Source: Candidatus Latescibacterota bacterium (GTDB lineage Bacteria > Latescibacterota > UBA2968 > UBA8231). From it: a stretch of DNA of 64,000 nt. The stretch covers positions 1,760,001-1,824,000 of the forward strand of contig OZ220089.1 of NCBI GenBank assembly GCA_964291625.2, read 5' to 3'. The translations under genes and the position numbers were made by a program. The notes below the pieces were generated by a model that searched no databases, had not been told where the DNA came from, and was given only the letters and a program-made list of their open reading frames with translations. Shown here piece after piece: positions 42,462 to 53,778 of this stretch. How positions within the stretch are numbered: the stretch's first letter is position 1; each line of letters opens with the position of its first letter.

Positions 42462-42644
42462 TCAGGAGACTCCCGGCTCTTCGCTGACCGGCCGTCTCTT
42501 GGAGTGGGCCCAGTCCACAACTCTGTGGGCATACTCACGCTCCCTTTCGCGGATCATGGCGCCAAGGCGGTCCACGTCATAGTCGTGTTCGCGAGCTATG
42601 TCCTCCTTGACCCTCCACAAGGCAGCTATGACTTCATCCTTCAT
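42462..42644 (-). CDS. Small hypothetical protein (60 aa), possibly TA-associated
   Basis: AGGAG RBS; MKDEVIAALWRVKEDIAREHDYDVDRLGAMIRERE, charged and helical. Confidence 0.55.
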   Translation of the reverse strand: MKDEVIAALWRVKEDIAREHDYDVDRLGAMIREREREYAHRVVDWAHSKRRPVSEEPGVS

Positions 42645-42678
42645 CAGGGCAAGTCTCCTATCGATTTCGGGGGATCGC

Positions 42679-44043
<1,365 letters not shown>

Positions 44044-44047
<4 letters not shown>

Positions 44048-44815
44048 CGCTCCCTCCCGTCGAAGGGGAGGCGGACGTGCACGGTGGTGCCGGCGCCAGG
44101 ACGGCTGTCGATGTCGATCTGCCCCTCGTGGCGGGAGACGATCCCGTAGCACACCGCCAGGCCGAGGCCGGTGCCCTCCTCGCGGGTGGTGAAGAAGGGG
44201 TCGAAGACGAGGTCCAAATCCTCGGCGGGGATGCCGGGGCCCGTGTCGGCGACGCTGACGCGGAGGGTGTGATCGGAGCGGACCATCCCGAGGGAGAGCC
44301 GGCCGCCCTCGGGCATGGCCTGCAGCGCGTTCATGCACAGGTTGAGGAAGACCTGCTTCAACTGGTCCGGGTCGCCCCGCGTGCGTCCCTCCTCCTCCGG
44401 CAGCACGAACTCGACCCCCTGGGACCGGGCGGCGCTGTCGAGCAGGCGTCCGACCTGTTGCAGCAGGGCCGGCACGTCGACCTCCTCGAGGTGGGGCGGC
44501 GCCGGCCGCGCGAAGGAGAGGAGACCCGCGATGATGCCGTTGATGCGGTCCACCTCGCCCAGCAGCTCGTCGACGAGGACCGCCTTCTCCGAGCCCTCCC
44601 CGAAGTCGGGGCGGAGGTACTGGATCGTGCTGCGGATGCTGGTCAGGGGGTTGCGGATCTCGTGGGCCGCCCCCGCGGCCAGCTCCCCCAGGGTGGCCAG
44701 CCGCTCGGCCCGGTAGAGACCGCGCACCCGCTGGCGTCCCTGGCGCAGGAGCAGGGCATTGTGCAACGCCAGGCCGAAGAGGGGCAGGAGGTCACGGAGA
44801 TGGTGCTCGCGCTCG
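44044..44815 (-). pseudogene. Sensor histidine kinase, N-terminally truncated
   Basis: ERLATLGELAAGAAHEIRNPL, QLKQVFLNLCMNA, DTGPGI, FDPFFTT, GTGLGL. The sensor region is replaced by repeat A copy 2. Confidence 0.8.
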
Positions 44816-44900
44816 GAAGCAGACTGGAACAAACCGGCCAGTTCTACATCGCAGCTCCACAAACCGCAGCCACTCTTTCCTCCCATGTCCCGAGAACAAC

Positions 44901-45113
44901 TGACCACCAGGCCTCGTCGCCCGATACACCTGCACAGCCAATCCTCAGCAGAACTCACTGCGGAGCACCTAGCGGTCTTGGCCTTGCAGGGTCGAACCCG
45001 GGAGCCATCCCGCTCCCCTTATGGACATAGATCGAGTTCTCCCCATGCTCGCCATGTTGCAGAACACACTCGAAGCCGTAGGATTGCACCTCCGCTACGA
45101 GCCTCTTCCCATC
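44901..45113. repeat. Direct repeat A, copy 2
   Basis: Diverged copy of 41140-41349, joined directly to repeat B copy 1 via CCATC microhomology (CTTCCCATCCCATCAAGCG). Confidence 0.9.
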
Positions 45114-45482
45114 CCATCAAGCGCTCCCTGGACCATGGCCTATCCCCGTCAGAGATGTCCTGCCGACACAGACGACGGCTCGCACAAGGATCTCTCCTCG
45201 GAGTCCGCCCCAGCGCCGATGCCCGGACAGCTTTCCAGGAGAGCCAAGGCCCCTTCCTCCAGGGTCGCGATCTCCAGAAGGCGGTCGTGCAGTCGGTCCA
45301 GGATTGACTCCGTCGCTTTCACATGACCCTTCAGGCAGAGGTTTCTCAGGACGAGCCACTTCTGGGTAATCCTTCGCAGTTGGTCCCCCACATGCGTGAG
45401 TCGCGAATCTCCCACAACCTGAGCTGCTGCCTCGAGGTACTTCCCGTGCCGATCTCGCTCTATCACCACGTTTCGCATTTGA
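45114..45482. repeat. Direct repeat B, copy 1 (3' third of the BtrH-like gene)
   Basis: Colinear with 63463-63833 from CCATCAAGCG to GTTTCGCATTTGA, with scattered substitutions. Confidence 0.92.
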
Positions 45483-46207
45483 TAGTACATCTCCTTGAGG
45501 CGAATCCGCGCCTGATCGGCTTCCAGTTCCTTCCAGCAGGCGAAGTCCCGGGCCAGTCGTCGCAGTCCCCCAAGGCCCAGGGATTCCTCGCCCGTGGATG
45601 TCTCCAATCGCATGGCCTCGAGATTTCTCCGGATGGCCCCTACCGCCTGCCCTCGCGTGAGCCTCCAGCGCGGCTCCGGGCAATGATAGTCCATCCAGGT
45701 ATATTGCGGGATACCCTCTGATCCCCAGACTTCCTTGATGGCCGAGAGGGGCAAGTCCCCCCGGAACTGCACAGGCCAGGCAGGGTCGACGACGTGCACC
45801 GTCCCTGCCGCCTCGTCATAGCCGGCGAGAATGATGTAATGCTCCGAGTGACGCCTCCGGTGGCCAGGGAAGTAATGGGTCCGGAGATGGTAAGTGTCGG
45901 CTGCAGCCACCACGGGATGGCCCTGAGCGATCCGCGCTCTGGCATGCGCCCAAGCGGCCTCTCCGTCTGGATCCTGGTGATTTGCTATTCGGATACTGCA
46001 TCTCCGCAGGCTCTCGATAAAAGGAACGAGACGGTCAATGAGGCGCATATCTCCATCTTCAGGTCGCACGTAGCCAAAGACCCATGCATCGTGCAACACG
46101 AGTGGGACGCAGTACCCATGAAACCTGAGAAGGGCCTCCATGGCACTGAGACCGCAAGGGTAGTACTCGCAGTTCCCAAAGGGCACATCCAGCACGATTC
46201 GATTCAT
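45149..46207 (-). CDS. BtrH N-terminal / DUF4872-like protein (papain/C39-like fold, putative ACP-dependent acyltransferase or peptidase)
   Basis: Start MNRIVLDVP. Early Cys (YYPCGLSA), PVVAAADTYHL, HSEHYIILAGYD...VHVVDP (Cys-His-Asp triad pattern), helical C-terminus ending LLEIATLEEGAL. Confidence 0.72.
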   Translation of the reverse strand: MNRIVLDVPFGNCEYYPCGLSAMEALLRFHGYCVPLVLHDAWVFGYVRPEDGDMRLIDRLVPFIESLRRCSIRIANHQDPDGEAAWAHARARIAQGHPVVAAADTYHLRTHYFPGHRRRHSEHYIILAGYDEAAGTVHVVDPAWPVQFRGDLPLSAIKEVWGSEGIPQYTWMDYHCPEPRWRLTRGQAVGAIRRNLEAMRLETSTGEESLGLGGLRRLARDFACWKELEADQARIRLKEMYYQMRNVVIERDRHGKYLEAAAQVVGDSRLTHVGDQLRRITQKWLVLRNLCLKGHVKATESILDRLHDRLLEIATLEEGALALLESCPGIGAGADSEERSLCEPSSVSAGHL

Positions 46208-46809
46208 TGTTCCCCCTTGTGGCAACCGGGGCACTGCAAGGTCATTGCAAAGACGTGCATTCCAGGGTTGTCCGGAAGTTCTATCGCTGCCAGGCACTCC
46301 GTTGGGTCTATGGCTACCGTCTGGAGCCATATACCGTAGTCAACGCCGAGAAGATCGGTATGGACATCGTGCGTGAGGAAGTGATAACCTCGGCATTCAA
46401 TGGCAACGCGCTCTCCGTACTTCAAGTCGTGACGCAGGCGCCAAGAGCTGAATCCCAGAGGCGTCTCATGTTGCCTGCCACTGACATACACGAATCGGAT
46501 GACATCTTCCAGGCTGTTCTCCTCCGCAGCGCCCAGCAGGAAGAGGTTGGCGAACGTGGCTTGCGATACGGAGATGCGTTGTCCTTCCATCGAAATGTTG
46601 TTGTTCAGGCCGTCTCCCTTGTCGGGGAAGCGAAAGGGCACGCCATGGCACACCACCAGAGCATTGGAGGGCGGCAAGTCCTCCGCTGGATAGGTAACTC
46701 CCTGTCCGGCGAAATCGCCATCCCCACGATTGTGGTCGAATGAAATCCCGTCGTTGTTGAAATAGGGAGTCAGGTCGAGAATCTGACAGGCAATCCAGGG
46801 ATTCGTCAT
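46204..46809 (-). CDS. Hypothetical beta-sandwich protein
   Basis: LDLTPYFNNDGIS, TYPAEDLP, GVPFRFP, LFLLGAA, IELPDNPGMHVFAMTL. Resembles accessory domains of some glycosidases. ATGA-coupled on both sides. Confidence 0.55.
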   Translation of the reverse strand: MTNPWIACQILDLTPYFNNDGISFDHNRGDGDFAGQGVTYPAEDLPPSNALVVCHGVPFRFPDKGDGLNNNISMEGQRISVSQATFANLFLLGAAEENSLEDVIRFVYVSGRQHETPLGFSSWRLRHDLKYGERVAIECRGYHFLTHDVHTDLLGVDYGIWLQTVAIDPTECLAAIELPDNPGMHVFAMTLQCPGCHKGEQ

Positions 46810-47117
46810 GGTGATATCGCGCGGTGTGCCGGCAATTTGCTTTCGACGTACTTGCTCAGAGCTTTCACTGAATCGAAGAGCCCTGCCTGCAACTCGTCGT
46901 CCTCTACCTCCAGTCCGAATTCCTCCTCCATGGCGAAGACGATCTCCAAGGTAGCGATCGAGTCCAATCCGAATCCGCCACCGAAGATCGCCTCGTCATC
47001 GGGGATCTCTTCGGGTTTGACCTGAAGTTTGAGCGCCTCAACGATGAGTCTCTTCACCCGCAGGGTTATGTCCGCGTGATTCGCTAAGGGTTTGACCTCG
47101 TCTTGGTCGTGTGACAT
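46806..47117 (-). CDS. Acyl carrier protein (stand-alone)
   Basis: GFGLDSIATLEIVFAMEEEFGLEVED with the phosphopantetheine Ser in the GLDS motif; GAGGA RBS before MSHDQD. Confidence 0.9.
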   Translation of the reverse strand: MSHDQDEVKPLANHADITLRVKRLIVEALKLQVKPEEIPDDEAIFGGGFGLDSIATLEIVFAMEEEFGLEVEDDELQAGLFDSVKALSKYVESKLPAHRAISP

Positions 47118-47204
47118 TCCTCGTTCTCCTGGCAAGCAAGCGATCTTCCACTTCGCACTCAATCTATCACGAATCGTCCAGGGTTCCAATGGCGCCGGCT
47201 GGCG

Positions 47205-50200
47205 TCATGCCGCCCGCAATCCCGGCGCATCCCTTCTCATCAGAAGAAGCGGCACCACCAGCACCAACAGCACAGAGGAAGAGATCAGGCCGCCCGAGGT
47301 CCCGAGGGCCAGGGTGTACCAGAAGTCGGAGCGGTTCCCCTGCAACAGGAGAGGCACGAATCCCACTACCGTGGTGAAGGTGGTGATGAAGATCGGCCGC
47401 AGGCGCTGGAAGGCGGCCCGGATGACGGCCTCCTTGGGGGAAGAAGGCTGTCCCTTGAGGGCGCTGGAAACATGGTGCACGAGCAGGATGGAGTTGTTCA
47501 CGGAAATGCCCATCAGCAGCAACAGCGAGGCGTAGCCGCCCTGGTTGAAGGGGGCGTGTGAAAGGTAGAACCCGGCGCCCACGCCGACGAGGGTCAGGGG
47601 CAGGGCGATGAGCACCAGCAGCGGCTTTGTCCAGGATTCGAACAGGGCCGCGGTGACCATCCAGACCAGCAGGACCGAGAGCAGCAGGATCAGGGCCAGC
47701 TCTCTTTCCTCCCCTTTACTGAATCCCGTCCAGGTCCAGCCTCCCGACAGGCTGTACCCGTACGGCACGGGGGTGTGGTCGAGCAGGTCCTGGACCACTC
47801 TCCTGCTGTACGTCCAGTCCCCGAGGATGGTGAAGCCGACTCTCTTGAGGTAGCGCTGGTTTTCGCGTTGTATCGCCGGCGGCGCCATCTGCTTGCGCAC
47901 CTCGCCCACGTCACCCAGCCGGGCGGCGTGTCCATTCAGGAGAACCTGGTTCAGGGCGCGCAAGTCGGTTTGATCGCCGGCCGTATCGACGACCTCGGCC
48001 GGGTACTGGCGCCGGTCGACGTAGAGGTCTCCGACTTGGGCGCCCCGGTCGAGCCGGGTCTGTATCTCGTCTATGACCTCGGCGTGGTCAATTCCCAGCG
48101 TCGCGGTCCTGGCATGATCGATCCGGGCCAGCATCTCGTAGCTAAGCGAGCCGTGGGCGTAATCCAGGCGGATGTCCTTGATCCTTCGTGAGCGGCGTTC
48201 CCGCAAGCGCTCGGCAACCGCCTCGGAAATCTCACCCACCTTACTGAGATTGTACCCCTTGATCTTTAGCGACCGGGTCACGGAGCGGCTCAGGCTTCGG
48301 CCCGCGGGGTCGAGGTCCTTGCCGTACACCCAGTAGGAGACGCCGCCGAGATTGGCTCCATACGCCACCAGTTGGTCGTAGAGCACGTAGGGCAACTCGG
48401 TCTTTCGGTACTCCTCCTTCAGCAACACCTGGATAAGGCCGCTGCCGCCCCAGGTCTGGGTGATGATTCCCTTGACGTAGGGAGCGAAGGGGTACAACTG
48501 CTTTTCGAAGCCTTGTAAAAGGCCGTCCATCCTGCTTATGTGGGAGTTGCCCGGCATCCTGAGGAACACGCTGAGTGAGAATCCCTCGACCGTCTCCCTC
48601 AGGCGTCCCCTGTAATGACTCCTGTCCAATCGCGAGCTGACGTCGTGGTACAGGTAATAGCTCGCCCCTCCGAACAATCTGAAGAGCACAGGTCTGGCGC
48701 TGCCGATGGCGCCCCACACTCCGTTGTAGAGTTGTGTCCCGCGATCGGCGAGCCGTTCGCGGAGCGAGCCCCAACCCTGCTGCTCGTCGAGATGTGTTAC
48801 ATGACGATCGAGCATGCCGGCGTCGAGAGAGTCCCTTGCCGCCAACCACTTGCGGTACTCCTGGCGCGTTTCCACCTCTCCGGGCGCCTGTCTTTCGACC
48901 CGCCGCGGGCCCTTGCCGATCTCGGGCGGCAGCAGCCAGATCGGAAGCCCCACCATCCACGCCACCAGCCCCAGTACCCATGCCCTGCGCCGCCGACAGC
49001 GGTCGAGGATGCTTCGGTAGCCGCGGTACAGGCGGCCCTCGCCGAAGGGCCGGGGACGGACGAGCGCGGTGCGGCAGAAGAAGACGGGGATCAGGGTGAG
49101 GGAGATGACCAGGGCGAGGGCGAGGGTCAGGCCCAGGGAGAGGGCGAAGGACTTGAAAAACCGCTGCAGCTCTTCGGAGAGAAACAGCACCGGCAGGAAG
49201 GCGCCGAGGGTGGTCAGGTTGGAGACGACGATGGGGTGCGTCACCTCGCGCAGCCCCGCGGCCACGGCCTCCTTGAGATCCCCCTTGCGGACGCAGTCCC
49301 CGGCGCGGCGATGGACGTAGTCGTAGACGACGATGGCGTTGTCGACGATCAGCCCGAAGCCGAGAGTGAGCCCGGCCAGTGTGACGAGGTTGAGGTGCAT
49401 GCCGAACAAGAAGAACAGGCTCATCGCCCCGGTTACGGACAGCACCACCGAGGACAGGATCAGTAGCACGGCCTCCCAGCGCTTGAAGACCGCCAGCAGC
49501 ACCAGTGAAATCAGCAGGATGGAGAAGACGGACCGCCGCAACAGAAAGCGGAGATCGGCCGCTACCTCGGCGCCCTCGTCGTTGAGCACCACGATCTCTG
49601 TTCCAGCGGGCAACCGCGCCGACAGCGCGACGAGTTCTTCCCGCACCCGCCGGGAGGTGGCGGTCATGTCGCTGCCGGCCGCATGGTCGACCTGCACGGC
49701 AACGGCGTTGCGGCCGTTGATCCGATTGAGGACCCGTGGGTCGCCGGGGTGGTAGCGGACGGTGGCGACGTCCCCCAAAGAGAGGACGCGGCCTTCCTCC
49801 AGCCGCTGCAGCGGAATCCGCCGCAGCGCGTCGAGATCCTCGATGCCCCCGGGAACCTCGATGCCGGTGCGGATGCCGTGGCCTTCCGCGGCCCCGAGGG
49901 AACGGGTCTGCATGCCGTGCGTCGCCAGCGCCCCCCTGACCGCGGCGAGGCCGATGCCGAAGCGCCGGGCACGGGCCCGATCCATTTCGATACGGACGCT
50001 CTCCTCCCCGCCGCCGTGCACTGTGACTTCCCGGACACCGGGCAGGGCCTGCAGGGGCAACCGCACCTCCTCCTCCACCAGCTTGCGCAGGTCGCTCGGG
50101 GACACGCCGCCAAGGACATCGAACCGGATAAACCCCCGGATCTCCTGGAGCAGGTCGGGTTCCGAGCGCCGCACCCGCGGCCAGGAGACCCCCTCCGGCC

Positions 50201-50561
50201 GCTCGCGGAAGAAGGAGTATATCCGCTCCCTGAGCTCCAGCTCGGCCAGTTGCAGGTTGGCGTCGCGGGCGAAGTCCGCGGTGACGAAGGCGCTCCCGTG
50301 CGAGGTGGTGGACCTCAACTCCTCGACGGCGCCCACCCCTTGCATGAGGGCTTCGAGGGGGGCGGTGATTCTCGCTTCGATCGCCGTCGCCGGGGCGTCC
50401 TGCCAGTATACGCTCACCGTGAGCCGAGGGGCCTGCACTTCCTCGGAGACGTCGATTGGTATGAGAGGGAAGCTCAGGAGACCCAGGGCGCAGAACGCCG
50501 CTCCGGCCACGCCGACGGCCACGGGCCGGTCGAGCAGGGCGCGAGCGGTTCCTGCACCCAT
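47205..50561 (-). CDS. RND efflux permease subunit (AcrB/AcrD/AcrF family)
   Basis: IEARITAPLE, LAGLTLGFGLIVDNAIVV, ALFESW, GISVNNSIL, RLRPIFITT. Confidence 0.9.
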   Translation of the reverse strand: MGAGTARALLDRPVAVGVAGAAFCALGLLSFPLIPIDVSEEVQAPRLTVSVYWQDAPATAIEARITAPLEALMQGVGAVEELRSTTSHGSAFVTADFARDANLQLAELELRERIYSFFRERPEGVSWPRVRRSEPDLLQEIRGFIRFDVLGGVSPSDLRKLVEEEVRLPLQALPGVREVTVHGGGEESVRIEMDRARARRFGIGLAAVRGALATHGMQTRSLGAAEGHGIRTGIEVPGGIEDLDALRRIPLQRLEEGRVLSLGDVATVRYHPGDPRVLNRINGRNAVAVQVDHAAGSDMTATSRRVREELVALSARLPAGTEIVVLNDEGAEVAADLRFLLRRSVFSILLISLVLLAVFKRWEAVLLILSSVVLSVTGAMSLFFLFGMHLNLVTLAGLTLGFGLIVDNAIVVYDYVHRRAGDCVRKGDLKEAVAAGLREVTHPIVVSNLTTLGAFLPVLFLSEELQRFFKSFALSLGLTLALALVISLTLIPVFFCRTALVRPRPFGEGRLYRGYRSILDRCRRRRAWVLGLVAWMVGLPIWLLPPEIGKGPRRVERQAPGEVETRQEYRKWLAARDSLDAGMLDRHVTHLDEQQGWGSLRERLADRGTQLYNGVWGAIGSARPVLFRLFGGASYYLYHDVSSRLDRSHYRGRLRETVEGFSLSVFLRMPGNSHISRMDGLLQGFEKQLYPFAPYVKGIITQTWGGSGLIQVLLKEEYRKTELPYVLYDQLVAYGANLGGVSYWVYGKDLDPAGRSLSRSVTRSLKIKGYNLSKVGEISEAVAERLRERRSRRIKDIRLDYAHGSLSYEMLARIDHARTATLGIDHAEVIDEIQTRLDRGAQVGDLYVDRRQYPAEVVDTAGDQTDLRALNQVLLNGHAARLGDVGEVRKQMAPPAIQRENQRYLKRVGFTILGDWTYSRRVVQDLLDHTPVPYGYSLSGGWTWTGFSKGEERELALILLLSVLLVWMVTAALFESWTKPLLVLIALPLTLVGVGAGFYLSHAPFNQGGYASLLLLMGISVNNSILLVHHVSSALKGQPSSPKEAVIRAAFQRLRPIFITTFTTVVGFVPLLLQGNRSDFWYTLALGTSGGLISSSVLLVLVVPLLLMRRDAPGLRAA

Positions 50562-50565
50562 ACTT

Positions 50566-53500
50566 TCAGCCCCTCGTCTTGACCACCACCGAGTAGAGCA
50601 GGGGAACGACGACGAGGGTCAGCAGGCTGGCCAGGGTGATGCCGCCGACCACGGCCCAGGCCAAGGGGTGCCGCAGCTCGGCCCCACTGCCGCTGGACAG
50701 GGCCATGGGCAGCAGGCCGCAGACCGTGGTCATGGTGGTCATGCAGATAGGGCGAAAGCGCATGCGGCCGGCTTCGGCAATGGCCGCCCGAAGATCGCCT
50801 CCGACGCGGAAATGCGAGTGGATGAAGTCGACCTTGACGATGGAGTCGTTGACGACGATCCCTACCAGTACGATGCATCCGAGCAGGGACATGACGTTGA
50901 GGCTGTGGCCGGTCAGCCACAGGGTCAACACCACCCCGGCCACCGCCAGCGGAACCGCGGCGACGATGACAAAGGGGACGACGAGGGACTCGAACTGGGC
51001 GGCGAGAATGAAGTAGACGAGAGTCACGGATATGGCGAGAACTACGTACAGGCTGCGGTACTGCTCCTGCCGCTCCGCCTCCTGCGACCCGGTGTCGATC
51101 CAGTAGCCGCCTGGAACTTCCAGGCGATCTAGCAGCGGCGCGAGCCTCGCGTGGGCTTGCGCGAGGTCGATCCCTTCGAGGCCGGCCGTTATGGTGACGG
51201 TGAGCGCGTGGTCTTCGCGGTGGATCTCTTCGTACCCCAAGCCGGGATCGAGCCGGATCAGTTCGGAGAGTGGCACCTCCACGGTCCTGCCTTCCCGACG
51301 GACGGGGTAATGCATGTTGAGCAGGTTCCAGGGGTCCATATCATCACGGCCCTCGGGGAGCAAGCGGATGTCGATGTGTTCGACGAAATCAAGGAATTGG
51401 GTCGGTGTACTTCCCTGCAACTGCCGCTCGATGAAATCGGTGAGGTCAGCAACGCGAATGCCGTAGGTGATGACGGCGTTACGGTCGACCACGAGGTTCA
51501 AGGCGCGCTTGCTGGGCCGCAGATTCGAGCTTGGGTTCACGAATCCTTTCGTCTGCTGCAGGTATTCGACGATCTGACCCCCGAGGTCCGCCAAGGTCTC
51601 CACTCCTGGACCGACGATTCTGAGGTCAAAGGAGGCGTCTCGCGTCTGGAACAAGTGTTCGAAGACAGTTTCCGGCTGTTCCACAACAAAGGTCATCCCG
51701 CTGAAATCGACGAAGACCCGCTCCAGGTCTGCCGCCACCTCCCGGCTACTCATGCCTTCCTCGATTTCGATGTCCATGACCGCCTTGTTCGGACCTGGTT
51801 GACGCTTCAAGTCGACTCTTCCGGTGATGCCGACCGAAGAGAGCACGGACCGCACCCCTTCCTCCTGGAGCAGGAGACGCTCAAGCCGGGTGACTTCCGC
51901 GGTCGTCGCCGCCAGGCTCGCCTCGGCGGGCAATTGTGCACGGACCACGAGGTGTTTCCTGTCTACGGACGGCATGACCTCCCGGTCGAGGTGCTCCGCC
52001 ATCCACACGCTCAACAGCAGCAGAAGCAGCACCGCGCCCAGCACCTTGCCTCGGTGGTCGAGAGCGCGGCTGAGAACTCGCTCGTACAAGGTGGAGATGC
52101 TGCTGAACATGCGCTGGAAAAGGTGGACAGACCAAGTGAACAGGCGCAGGGGGAGTCGCAGTAACAGAAACAGGGCGCGACCGAACAACCGGAAGCAGAA
52201 GCGCACGGGCCGCAGGAATACGGGCGCAGGCCCGCCTGTCCCTGCCTGCGGGCGGCTTGGAACAGAAGCCTCGTTTCCCTGACTCCGTGAGGAGAGCATC
52301 GGCAACAAGGTGATCGATACCAGCAGCGAGACGGCCAGAGACAGGGAGATGGTGACCGCCTGCTGGTAGAAGAGCGCCCCGGCGATTCCTTCGACGTACA
52401 CCATGGGCATGAAGACGGCCATGGTGGTCAGGGTCGAGGCGGTGATGGCCAAGCCCACCTCCGTGGTACCGGTAACGGCAGCTTCGCCAGGGGCAAGTCC
52501 CGTTTCGCGATGGCGGTATATGTTCTCGAACACGACGATAGAGTTGTCCACCAAGATGCCCATGGCCAAGGCCAGCCCGCCAAGGGATATGATGTTGAAG
52601 TGAATGTCGAGGAGATACATGAGGACGAAGGTGGTCACCATGGAGACCGGTATCGACAGACCGACGACGAGCGGATTCCTCAGATCCCGGAGGAAGTAGA
52701 CGAGGGTGAGGATGGCGAACACTGAGCCGAGATAGAGCGCCTGCAGGACGCTGTCTATCGACTCGCGGATGAACTCCGCCTGGTCGAAGACCGCCCGCAC
52801 GGCGAAATCGGGGTAGTCTCGGGAGAACCGGTAGAGGTCGCCGTACACCCTGCGCGAGGTCTTGACGGTGTTGGCTCCGGCCTCCTTGAACAGGTGCAGG
52901 GTGATGACCTCGTGGCCATTGAAACGGGTGTATCCACGGCGCTGCTGGTACCCCTCCTCGATGCGGGCGACCTCCTTGAGGCGGATCAGGCGGGGCTCAA
53001 GTCTCACGGGGATCTGCCGGATTTCGTCGAGGCTGGTGAACTCCGCCTGTATTCTCAGGGGAAACTCTGAATACCCGTCGCGAATGACGCCGCCGAGGCC
53101 TGCAACGTTGAACTGCTCCAGGCTCCTTTCCACCTCGGTGAAACCGACACCGTAGCGGCGGCTTTTCTCGACGTCGAGGAAGACGTTGATCTCGCGGTCG
53201 AGACCGCCGGCCACCTGCACCCAGGCCACACCGTCGAGTTGCTCGAGCCGGCGCTTGACGACCGCCTCGGCGACTCCTTTCAGCTCCGTCAGAGCCTCAT
53301 GGTAATCCCGGGTGGAGCGGGGGTTCTCGACCCTTTCCCCGGTGACGACCAGCGTCATCACAGGTGCCGCGGAAGGGTCGAAACGCAGGATGTTGGGATG
53401 GTCGGCGGCCCTCGGCAGACGTACTTGGTCGAGATAACCGCGCAATTGGATGAAGCCGAGGTCCATGTCGCTTCCCCAGCGGAAGCGGACGTCCACCAAG

Positions 53501-53766
53501 GAGAGGCCATCCCGCGAAACCGACTCGATGCGGCTCACACCGCTTACGGCGCTGATCGTGGCCTCGAGCGGACTGGTGACGTACTCATCCACATCGCGGA
53601 CGTTCATGCCCGGCACATCCGTGCGCACAAGGAGCCGGGGCACGTCAATCTCGGGCAGAAAGTCAACGCTCAGCCGGAAGAAGGAGTAGACCCCCATCAT
53701 GGCCGCGGCCAGGAAACAGACCGTGGTCGCCACCGGCCGATGCACTGCGAACCTCACGACACGCAT
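50566..53766 (-). CDS. RND efflux permease subunit (AcrB/AcrD/AcrF family)
   Basis: AVHRPVAT, SLGGLALAMGILVDNSIVVFENI, LAAQFES, GIVVNDSI, RFRPICMTT. Confidence 0.93.
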   Translation of the reverse strand: MRVVRFAVHRPVATTVCFLAAAMMGVYSFFRLSVDFLPEIDVPRLLVRTDVPGMNVRDVDEYVTSPLEATISAVSGVSRIESVSRDGLSLVDVRFRWGSDMDLGFIQLRGYLDQVRLPRAADHPNILRFDPSAAPVMTLVVTGERVENPRSTRDYHEALTELKGVAEAVVKRRLEQLDGVAWVQVAGGLDREINVFLDVEKSRRYGVGFTEVERSLEQFNVAGLGGVIRDGYSEFPLRIQAEFTSLDEIRQIPVRLEPRLIRLKEVARIEEGYQQRRGYTRFNGHEVITLHLFKEAGANTVKTSRRVYGDLYRFSRDYPDFAVRAVFDQAEFIRESIDSVLQALYLGSVFAILTLVYFLRDLRNPLVVGLSIPVSMVTTFVLMYLLDIHFNIISLGGLALAMGILVDNSIVVFENIYRHRETGLAPGEAAVTGTTEVGLAITASTLTTMAVFMPMVYVEGIAGALFYQQAVTISLSLAVSLLVSITLLPMLSSRSQGNEASVPSRPQAGTGGPAPVFLRPVRFCFRLFGRALFLLLRLPLRLFTWSVHLFQRMFSSISTLYERVLSRALDHRGKVLGAVLLLLLLSVWMAEHLDREVMPSVDRKHLVVRAQLPAEASLAATTAEVTRLERLLLQEEGVRSVLSSVGITGRVDLKRQPGPNKAVMDIEIEEGMSSREVAADLERVFVDFSGMTFVVEQPETVFEHLFQTRDASFDLRIVGPGVETLADLGGQIVEYLQQTKGFVNPSSNLRPSKRALNLVVDRNAVITYGIRVADLTDFIERQLQGSTPTQFLDFVEHIDIRLLPEGRDDMDPWNLLNMHYPVRREGRTVEVPLSELIRLDPGLGYEEIHREDHALTVTITAGLEGIDLAQAHARLAPLLDRLEVPGGYWIDTGSQEAERQEQYRSLYVVLAISVTLVYFILAAQFESLVVPFVIVAAVPLAVAGVVLTLWLTGHSLNVMSLLGCIVLVGIVVNDSIVKVDFIHSHFRVGGDLRAAIAEAGRMRFRPICMTTMTTVCGLLPMALSSGSGAELRHPLAWAVVGGITLASLLTLVVVPLLYSVVVKTRG

Positions 53767-53778
53767 GATGGCAGGGTC

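Noticed and set aside
45149-47117. Butirosin/aminoglycoside or PKS/NRPS cluster
   Set aside because: Only an ACP and a BtrH-like gene are present. No sugar-pathway, ketosynthase or adenylation genes.
47135-47150. Possible sigma54 promoter TGGAAG-ATCGC-TTGCT upstream of the ACP gene
   Set aside because: GG-N10-GC spacing is right, but the -24 box is poor and the implied leader is only a few bases. Not supportable.
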